A stretch of DNA of 64,000 nt from Tubiluchus corallicola (taxonomy: Eukaryota > Animalia > Priapulida). Below are positions 1-19,400 of this stretch, piece after piece. Each line of letters begins with the position of its first letter. The first letter of the stretch is position 1. The notes below the pieces were generated by a model, which was not told the origin of the DNA, did not search any database, and saw only the letters and a list, made by a program, of their open reading frames with translations. The translations under genes and the position numbers were made by a program. The stretch is taken from NCBI GenBank assembly GCA_030141605.1, contig JAQGDQ010000234.1:186001-250000 (forward strand), in the 5' to 3' direction.

Positions 1-48
1 ACAATTGCGACCAATTTGGATATCATTAGTAGCTAAAATGCTACCTAC

Positions 49-9041
<8,993 letters not shown>

Positions 9042-9300
9042 CTTGTGTCAGGAACGCCAATATTGAGGAAAAAATGCGAAATTTCTGCAATACATCTCAA
9101 ACAACAGCAGCCATTTTCTTTGCAATTTTACTGTGTGCGCAATCGACAATCGTCGTACGAAATCGTTTATTACGACAGGCATAGCCACCCAATCAAATCG
9201 GGTCATGGACAATGTCTGCAGAAGTGTAGGGAATTTGCAAAGCGCAGTGCAACAGTTACTGTTTGCAGGATAGCCTACCCACATGCTCTTTTACAGGCCT
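9042..9300 (-). promoter_or_regulatory. Probable FBXO11 5'UTR / proximal promoter
   Basis: Locally CpG-enriched stretch directly upstream of the first coding exon; inference only. Confidence 0.4.
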
Positions 9301-9683
9301 GACAGTCTATAAATTTAGCCAATAATTATTAGTCATTGCTACTAGAACATGCACTAGGTTAGCCATTAAAGAGTTCCGAAGCATTAAAAAAACTCAACAC
9401 TATTAATTTTTGGGTAGACTTGCATAGCAATTTATAGTATTTGTATAGTTTAGACATTTGGGAAAACAAACACGTCATTTTAGCTGTTCTACATCATTTT
9501 CCAAATAATCATTAAGTAAATAACAAAAAAGGATGTAAATCTTGAAACTTTCCAAGTTATAAAATAAAATAGAACAGTATTGTTACTAAACTATAATCTA
9601 AGTGTTTTGTTGCTGTAGGTAACAAGACGAATTACTATTACAGCAATATAATAATACGCAAAAACCTCATTTTAATTTAAAAA

Positions 9684-9755
9684 TGAATCATTAACTTGAA
9701 TGTGGTATATGCTTCTTTAACGAATCATTAACTTGAATGTGGTATATGCCTCTTT
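9684..9755. repeat. Tandem duplication, 2 x 38 bp
   Basis: GAATCATTAACTTGAATGTGGTATATGC(T/C)TCTTT repeated. Confidence 0.8.
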
Positions 9756-11560
9756 GATCAATAATTCAAATTTATTGTAAGCATATAATAATAATACTGA
9801 ACTTAAGAGGATAGGCTGATAGCAGATAAAGCTGATATGTAGAAAAAATACACCGCATGTATATGATGTGTTTGTATATTCAAAGACAAGAGAAACTTTC
9901 GTAAATATTTTTTGTTGCCAATTGTCTTAAAACTGGGACTAACTGATTTACATAGTTCCTTTATAATAACGGCCCGAACTAGGCACTCATGTCAACACAT
10001 TTTGTAGTTCTTTGAGACTTTGTCACCACATTCTGGTTAATTCGCAAAGACATTTTTTGGCTATATGAAGTTTTAATTTCTTGTAAAACTAATTCCTACC
10101 TGGTAAATTTTGTGTTTGAAAAAAGCACAATCAGTTTACCTGCTGATTAGGCATTATAGTTATCATGTTGTTTACTAAAGAGTTATTGTTCGCCTGTAGC
10201 TATTGTCCCTGATTTCTGCTCAGCGTGTTGCATCAGAGCAGAAGCGGAGCGATAGACCAATATGCTTGACATCAATTAGTTGTCACAATATATAGCTGCA
10301 CCATGGAATAAAAACCAGTAAAAACTAAGTTACCAAAGTTGGAAACCTTTAACCAGTTTGAAACTGTTAATTCACAAAAAAGTTAATTCATCATAATTAT
10401 GGCAATTAAGTGCTCGATAAAATGACAAAATGAGTTTAAAATCAGAGAATGATGTTTTCTTAGTGTTTGTACCCATAAGATGGAGCAAAGGTCAAGCTAC
10501 AGACGTTACTAAAAAACACACACCTCTGGGCCTGGCCGAAGATGTTTAATCACGTGCCAGGCCCTTACCCACTCAGAAGCTGCAGTGGTGACGTCATGTT
10601 TATCATTACTTCCACCGGCCTGAACAAAAGTTTGAAAATTCGCTCAGAGAATGGTGTTGTAAGCTCGCGAAGTGATATTATCATTGCTGTTTTTACCAGT
10701 GCATGTTACAAACGCAATTTGAGTTTATCTAAGTAGGCCCTACCATCAACGCATATCCATGGCACGTAGTGAGTTCATTTTCTTCTGACGTCCACTGGTA
10801 TAAATTTTACAACAGGAGTGCCCAAATTAATGTCGTAAAATCTGACAAGCATTTATTTATGTAACAAAACAACGAGGCAGTTTTCCAACAAGTACGGCGT
10901 GTTTAAAACACTAGCTTTTATTTCACAAAGGGAATTCTTTTGTAATTGAATAATTGGAAATAACAAAGCGACAAAATTACTATTTCGTCTTGACGAGGTG
11001 TGTAACTATTCGTACTAGCGTATAAAACAATATAAGTGCTGCAGGAGGACACCAAGTTTTTATTCACAAATCAGTCTGTTGCAAGTTTACTTTACCATGA
11101 TAAGCGTTTTTCAACATTTATGACATCTAAATTCTTTACGGCATGGAAAAGCTTTTGCGGAATCTTTGTAATTATTGTACAGGTTATAAGTACACCCGAC
11201 TGTTGTGCGCATATTGAGCTCTTTAAGCCGAATGCTGCACCGTGCTGCCATCTGGCAACGAAAATAATACAAAAACAATTTACACTTCCTTTAAAAGAAA
11301 TGAACCAAATTTCACACGTTGTGTGCCATATTTTGACTTGTTTAAAGCAATCTTTCTCCCCTTGGGATATTATTTGTGCATTAAAAAATGCGAGAAAGGT
11401 GCATGCTTCCTAAGTGTCTAAAAATGTAGGGAGTTTTCTTAAAGCATTGCCTGAAAGGCATTTTTGTACCAGATTTAGCATTAAAATAGGCATCTAAAAA
11501 TGTTAGAAAGCGAAAAAGTATTGATTGATTGACCAGTTTATTTCATGTAAAAGGCACATA

Positions 11561-11690
<130 letters not shown>

Positions 11691-14000
11691 TTTATTGACT
11701 GATTAAGACATGGTCGAACATCATGATATTTTGGTTCAGTCCATAGTTCACTACAAAAAGGACTTTTGGTCATATAACATGATCATTACTGTCCAAAAAT
11801 CGCTAAAGAGTTATTTACAAATTCACAATATGACATGGGGTTTCCATTGAAAAATTCATGCAGATCGCTAAAGTTCAGTTCAGTGTCATCTTCACGAAGG
11901 TGATTCGTAAGTGGACAAAAACAGTTAGCATGCTCTTCTGTTTGAATGTTTAAGCCAGGACAGGAGCATAGCCTGTCTTCTCTTTTTATCCTTGTCCATC
12001 TTCCAGTCTCAATAGTTAGGTTATGTGAAGAGAGGCGTAACCGCGATGTTTTAATCCTATGGAGCTCATTTACTTTAACACTATACATTGCACTGACAGA
12101 TAGTTCGGGATTCAGATAGATATAGGTGCACAGTTTAGTTTCGGAATCCCTGATACGTTGTTTTGTGTTCTCGAAGTCGTCAGAGATAATATCCCTTTTA
12201 TGAAGGATAGCTTTCACATATTGTACACATGGTGTATTCGCTTCCGAGCACAAATTCCACACGATTAAAAATGGGTCATCGGGCTCGTTGGCTCTCGGAT
12301 TCGATTATCTCTTTAAAGAACCTTGATTGCACGTTTTGAACGTACGCTTTGAAAGAAGGTAATCCTAGATCGACTAAACATAAGTCAGCGGTTGTCTTCC
12401 TGACGCCAAGCAATGCTTTAATCACAGAATTGTACATCACATTTATCGGTTTAAGACTGCCAGTCATCCAGGATTAACAGCTGTAGAAAAAATATGATAC
12501 CAGGGCCGCGTCCATCACGTTTTTCTTAACCCAGAATGGGAATGGTGAGTTTTTGTTCAGAAATGACACTTATTTAAGAACTTGGGTAAACTTTTCTTCG
12601 CAATATTTTTCCAGTGAGGGCTGTAACTTTCCTGAAGCACTGAACACAGGTCCGAGATAAACGTAATACTCACATATCCTAATTACTATATTTTCGTTAC
12701 CGTTAATAACCATAAATTTGGTTTTAGATTCGTTGATTACCATTCCTGACTCACGACAAAATTCTTCAAGAAGTCCTCTGGTTGTCGATAGGATAACAGT
12801 ATCATCCATCAATAACAAACAGTGAAGCATCCCTAGAGAGCCATCTGGTCTGTACTTTTCCTTGAGGTTTCTTATAAGCTTATTAACGTAAAGTGTGAAC
12901 AGAAAACACGAGGAAAGGGATCCTTGCTTTACATCTAAGGTTACACTTATTATAGCAGCTCCTAATACTAATTGTGTATTACTGTACAAGGCAGCAATTG
13001 CACAAAGCATAATGATACCGCCATCCAAGAGCTTTAAGCGAGACTATGAGACCGTGCCTGGGGACACGATCATATGCATGGCAAAGACAGTTTAACTTCC
13101 CGAAATTGGGCATAGTCCATCAGTAATCTGAGAGTAACGATCCATTCAGTGCAACTTCGACCTTTCTGAGCACCTGCCTGTTCCCTGTCGGGTAAGAACC
13201 ACACATGAAGGCATCTACACAGGATCCTATTATAAACCTTGGCAATTGAGTCCATCATAGAAATTCCTCACACTATATTTATCACAAGACTTTCGACTAC
13301 CTTTCTTGAAAATAGTCACAAGTCTGTTTAAGCACCATGAACGTGGGGAAGTTCGAGACACAAATATAAAATTGAATAGCAAGCACAGGTAGGATAACCA
13401 ACATTCTGGTAAAAACTTTAAAATACCGCCAGGAATACCAGATGGACCTCCACTACTTTCATTGTTGCACGACGTTATAGCAGTTTCTATTTCATCAAGG
13501 GATATCAAATTATCGGTAACTGGAATTGAAGGACCCGCACACTGTGACAACAGATCCAGTGAATCGAGTCTATCCGGGTTCAGCAAGGCCTTCGAAATGG
13601 GTCTTAAAGTCTTCATCAGACGGAGGTTCAATATTCTTTTCAGAACTAAGGTCACTATTCCAGTTGATGGCTTTCTAAATTCCTTGGGAGGTATTGTTTT
13701 TGAGCAGGTTATTCCATCTATCTGGTATAGCCTGGTGGTCTAGGGTATCATTTGGTTCGGTACGGCAATTCTTTAGAATGTTCCTAATGAGAGAATTTAA
13801 ATTCTCAACGCTAGAGTTCATATCATCAATATCAGTTGGAGTATCAATATTTCTCATTTCTAAGTTGAATTTTCTACAGTCCATATTACCGGTTCAGATT
13901 TGCTTATGTAGTATAAGAGGCTTGATGTTGATTTCCCCAGCTGCATGCTTTCCAAGGTCTTCTGATCGATCTATACAAGTAAAAGTTATCGTACATATAA
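11691..14000 (-). mobile_element. Degraded, 5'-truncated non-LTR retrotransposon (LINE ORF2: RT + C-terminal Cys/His motif) with multiple frameshifts
   Basis: Consecutive fragments: SSGGPSGIP...W...LVTIFKKGSR, AKVYNRIL...PDREQAGAQKGRSCTE...LRLLMD, VKQGSLSSCFLFTLYVN, LLLMDDTVILS, GMVINESKTKFM, YVYLG, RLRLSSHNLTIETGRW...RLCSC...QTEEH...CP. Clade not determined; 5' boundary approximate. Confidence 0.92.
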
Positions 14001-14049
14001 TTGAACCTGATAAAAGTACTTGCGACCATTGCAACATGAAGTTTCACCT

Positions 14050-14520
14050 GTATCGTACATCAGATGCATTAATAAAACCAATTAATGAAATTACCACTTT
14101 TTTCTTTGCTTCTTGGCCAGATACTATATGCAACTTTTCTTCTTAAGATAGTGAAATTTGCACACATATACGAAGCTCTAGTGCCATATTCCAAATTAAT
14201 TTTTTTTAAGAACAGTATTATATGCAGATCTAAGTTCACGAATATTGTAGAAATAAAATTTCACCCATAGACTAGAACACTAGAACTGGATACAATATGA
14301 TCGGAATAATATCTCTTTGACATGCGTGCACAGAACAGTTACTAAATTTTCTAATAATACAATAACTAGCTCTTACGTGAAGTGATCTTAGCTTATTCAA
14401 AATGTCATTATCATCACTTAAGTTATTACTCATGTAAAGGCCAGGGTACTTTTCATTCATTTTGGCTAACTTCAACTTCTTTGCCAAACAGAAAATCCAT
14501 CGTGGGCAGTGGCGGCAAAT
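14050..14520 (-). mobile_element. Second LINE remnant (post-RT region, RTE-X-like)
   Basis: Translates with frameshifts as KYPGLYMSNNLSDDNDILNKLRSLHVRAS...IRKFSNCSV...SLWVKF...ELRSAYNTVLK, resembling the recalled 'YLG...L.DD.DI.RQ.R.LY.R.N...RKF..CS...LRVAYN' motif. Confidence 0.7.
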
Positions 14521-15191
14521 ATATGAGTGCGTACATGCATGGCATGAACAGGTGGAACTTGTTGTGTTTTAGAAAAACATGTAAATGATGATTATGATTT
14601 TGATACACTAATGCGTTATAATGGGTAATTTTTTATTTCTCACAATTTTTCCATACCATAGCAGAACGAAAATTAATATTATTACAAACCAAGCATTCGT
14701 GGCACATTACTGTGCTGAAATGTGCAGTTGGCATAAAATATTGTCAGATGGGAATTAAGCAAGCATCTGTTCTGCTTGCTGTGAACAAACATGAAACAAG
14801 ATCAGTATTCACTAATTTTATCCCTTGGCATTCTAGCTGTTATACTCCAAAAAGGTAAACATTGCATGTCTGTATATCTTGTCATGTCATACGAAATCAT
14901 AATTATGCTAAGAAAAATTTGAAGGAAAAATTTATGTTGCAGTAGTCACAACAAATTTACACCAAACTGTCCTGCAAGTTTTGCAAACCCATGCATGGCC
15001 ATCAACTAAGAATTAAGCCACTAATCGCACAAACCAACTAGACAAGAACGGAACATGTGTGGCCAATCAACCAACATGCATCCCATAAAATACGATCGCC
15101 AAGATCGAGCCAACTAATAATCACTGCTCATAAAATATATAAGCATGAGATCAAGAGATTAAGGTACACACAAGCACCCGCACCTGCACCG

Positions 15192-15209
15192 CACACACAC
15201 ACGCACACA

Positions 15210-15240
<31 letters not shown>

Positions 15241-15242
15241 GA
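15192..15242. repeat. (CA)n(GA)n compound microsatellite
   Basis: Directly visible. Confidence 0.9.
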
Positions 15243-15349
15243 GGAGAAACAGGAAGAGAAAGAAACTCATGGAGAGACACACCTGCAGAGAGAGACAGAC
15301 AGGCAGAGAAACTTAACAAAATAGTTTAACGACAATTATATACACTGTT

Positions 15350-15800
15350 AAATGTACATAGTCGCTGCGGCTTTCATTCAATATTTGGCCAAACAGAGTG
15401 CAAAACTGTGGTCTCAAGTCATGGCTTTAAAATTGCGGCACATTGGTCTTTTTATAGTGCGCATGCGTGCAACTCCATTATTTACTGTGATCAAAGAGAT
15501 GTAATTATGTATTTCACCTGAATAAAAACATGAAAATTAATGAAGACAGTATATGATAATGCTTTGAATAATTTTGGTTTCAAGCGCAGTTTTGAAAATT
15601 GATGTCACCACCTAATACCAATGGTGTAATTTACTTGGAGTTTATTTTATTACTCAATTTTTTGCAGCGAGTTGCGATAGCTGTACTGTTACAGTATACG
15701 TGCAATCGCTATCTGTATTCGGTACGCCTGTCTACAATCATTTCAAACTAAGGTGGTGTAATAATTTTAATAACTGTAGTTTGCGAGACGATTATTAAGT
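15350..15800 (+). promoter_or_regulatory. Probable distal TMEM181 promoter region with an NRF1/EWG-like motif
   Basis: CpG-enriched; TGCGCATGCGT at 15458-15468; lies upstream of the acceptor at 16437 that precedes the first ATG exon. Inference. Confidence 0.35.
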
Positions 15801-16473
15801 CAGTAAGCTGTGTGTATGTATACCACTGATATCCATTTTCTGAGTGATGTAGATTGGCTAGCTAACAGTGTTTTACCTTTACAAAATTCGTTATCATTTG
15901 ATATTATTCAGTGTTGATATGCTAAGCTTAGATACTGTATTACTTTGTTATTGCTAGACTAAAAACACCTGCCAAAACAGGCATACCATGGCGAGTTCTG
16001 TTAATCGTATGGAAGCAGTATAGGTTCTCCTGTTCATGCATGAAAAACTAAGTAATGATGCATTATGTTTAGAAAACATATTTTCAAGAAGTTCCCGGGC
16101 TTCTGATCAATGTTGGGTCAACAACTTTTAAAATATGGTAGTATCACTACCATTACAGTTACTCTCTTGAAAAGTAGTGGTGCTACCACTGCAATTGCTT
16201 TTTTTCTAAAAAAATGTTGTTGCAAAAATTATTGGTTAATATTGTTATTAAAGTTTTGAGCTTGCAGCCAGTTTGAGAATGTAAATTTGCAAAATTGTTA
16301 ATTCGATATTGTTAATTCTTGCATTCTCGAAAGAGGAGAACAGTATGCTTTTGAACTTCTGAACCTTAAATTTTATGTAGTTTTTGCGATGTGCTAAACT
16401 GTGTTTGTGAAGCTCTAAATTTGTTGTTTCTTCCTAGTGTATATGACACACTCACATTGGTCTACGTACTTCA

Positions 16474-19400
16474 ATGGCAGATTCTTTGGGATATGGTTAC
16501 TCAGATACTCACGAAGTCTCAACTGGTGTAAATATTAGGTCATTTCTAAGCCAATTCAGTGATATATTCAGTGAATTTGGACGTCACATAGCACCAACAT
16601 ATCAACATGACCGATGTGAAAGGTAGGGAAAATTACTTTAAAGCTTTGTACTTTTTTCGTGAATGTTTTCATTTAACTTACTAAAATTGAAATAATTTGA
16701 AGATTCTGCGGCATATGTCTTTTACTCACTAGTACTTTAAAATGTCATCAGAAAAAGAATAATCTAAACATTCATTAATATGTTGCTAAAGTTTACTGAT
16801 TAAGAATATCTAGTCATCAATATTACTATAGGCGATGTACATCAGGCATGATGTGGACCAGGCATAATTATGGTACATTATCATGATGATACAGTCAGCA
16901 CAGAGGCTGCATAGGACTGTGTATTTATTTTCTTGTCATTCATGTCCTTTCATTGTGGCAGAAAAACATAGACACAACAGATTATACATGAAATGTTCTC
17001 TCTAAGCGCCATAAAACACATTATTTTATGTGCGAGCATCATGGATCTGAAATTTTGAATCGCGTGAGCAGCATATTGCAGAGAGACCCCAGCACTAGGC
17101 GTCGAGCCCACTAGTTTTGTTAGGCATCCACTTTGAATTAATGTTAACTTACAAATGCAGAGAGCTAGAGTCCCAAAACTTATAGGGGAGATACCTAGTG
17201 TAGGGGCTCAGACAATGAATGGTTAAAAGGGCAAACTGAGTAGTCACTCATACCTAGAATGCTAGTATACTTGCAGGATAGAAACGTGGAGTGAAGATCT
17301 TGACAATAATATGGACAGTTTTTATTGTCTCTCAACTCTTCCTAGAGCTTTGAGTTAAAATCAAAATTTTTTCATAAGCATTTAGGTATTGTAGGGTAGA
17401 TGAAAAACCTGTATTTTGAAGGACCTGAGAAAGGAACCAAAATGTGAAATTTGGGATAAGCAACTTGGACACTTTTCTCCCCCCACATCATAACGTCAGC
17501 AATTTGTGTTCTTGCATGTGTGTGTAGTAGGGTAAAGGTATGGCGACCTGAGCCATAGGCCATCAGTGGGCCACGCGAGAACTACCCCATGGCCTGATAG
17601 TCCACAAGTTGAAGACCATTGTAGATATATACTTATTGTACAGGGGTATCATACTCTGGGCTCTATGCTTATTGTACAAGGACCCTAAGGGTTTTAAATG
17701 TGTCATATAATGAAATACCCAGTGTACACTTCAAACAAATTTATACGCTGGCATGGTGCAGGCCCCAGATACCCGTGGGCCCTGGGCCAATGGCCTACTA
17801 TGCCTTTTAGTAAATCCGGCCCTGATGGTAACCTTGGTGAAAAGTTCAAAGACGCTGGACATTGGTAAATTTTTCAATTATTGCTCAACTCTTCCTTGGG
17901 TTTAAGTTAAAACCAATTTTTTTACAGGAACTTAATAATTTGCAGTTTTTGATAATCATTATACTTAGTAACTATGTGCAAATGATTGGGCAATTCATTC
18001 CAAATTTCAGAAGCTGAATATCGAAAACTTCTTTTTCCATATAATTCTGTGCGTCCTCTGGGAATATTTATGATATTATCATATCGCATTTGATAAGAGC
18101 TTTCTCTCAGATTAACCATGTTATATAAGCTTTCCGGACCGAGTTTATCTAGAATTTTAAACACCTCTAATGCTATTAATCTTTGCCTATTTTCCACTAG
18201 CTTTTTAATTTTAGCTTTGTTCAACAATGTTTCATAATCGCTAAAGTAATCATTAAAGACAAAACGTATGGCACGTTCTTGTAATTTTTCCAATTTTTGT
18301 GTGTTCGTTCCACCGCTAAAATACCAAACTAATGGACAATAGTTGAAACTGGAAGATATGAAAACCATTTTACAGTTTACATTTAATAAAGTTGACAGAC
18401 GTTTTAAAACATTAATTTGACAAGAGGTACGCCTGCAAAGGTTTGAAATATGTTCGTTAAAACTGAAATTAAAATCACTGAATCTTCACAGTCAATTTCC
18501 ATGTTTTGAACGCTTTAAGGACTTCAATTTGTCATGTGTCTTTACACCAAAACCAATTCCCTGGGATTTACCAGGATTTGCTTCAAAACCATTGCAAGTG
18601 AACCAATTTAATAATCTTGAACAGTTTTCACCAAGATTATGTACGAGATTTTCAAAATTTTCGGATTTACAAGACAGTGTGTTATCATCAGCATATCTGA
18701 ATAGTTTACAATCAGTCTGGATCAATAGAAAATCAATTTCGGTGAAATTGTGTGCTAAGCGTAGATGTATAATTAATATATAAATAAGATGTATATGTAA
18801 TATATTTAAGTATATATTTGTAAATATAAATTTAGATAAAACGTGGTAAAGTAAAAAAAAACAAAAGTAAAGCCTGTGCATCATTTTAGTGGTGATTGAA
18901 CATATATAAAGCTAAACATTTAGTAATTTTTCAATAGGAAGTGAATTATCAAGTAACCCTGCACATAGAGGGAAATTGTATGTCTATGTAATGTATGTAT
19001 ATAATTAACAAAAAAGAATTATAATAATAATAATAATCTCTCTTACAAATATTGAATTTGAATTCTGTCTCTCTCTTTCTCTCCTTCTCTCGTCCCTTTC
19101 TCTACCTCTTTTTTATCTCTCTCTTCTGTTCTTGTCTTCAGTGCCTCACCCCGACACTTTCTTTTTAATTCCTTGTCTGGAAAAGCTGAGCGTTGAATAC
19201 GTGTTCTATTAACATTGATCAACCATGAGGAATTTTCCGTTGGATTGTGTGTGTGTCTTTCACAGTCAGCGGAAATAGATAAACCAGGAAACCTTGTACA
19301 CTTTTAGGTTGCGGGTAGCGGACGCTGTACGGTACAGTTCGTAATCTAATCGGGTCAACTTCACAAGTAGTGTTGCACGTAGTTGCATATTAATTAGTTG

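Noticed and set aside
10212-10242. Short hairpin TTCTGCTC...GAGCAGAA as an ncRNA/miRNA
   Set aside because: Only an 8-bp firm stem and no recognisable family; expected by chance.
10870-11520. 125-aa ORF 11036-11413 as a gene
   Set aside because: GTG start, no recognisable domain; the surrounding sequence looks like non-coding or repeat-derived DNA.
15988-16023. ATG in good context (ACCATGG) upstream of TMEM181 as the true start
   Set aside because: The frame closes after 11 codons, and an in-frame TGA precedes ATG 16474 in the next exon; at most a uORF.
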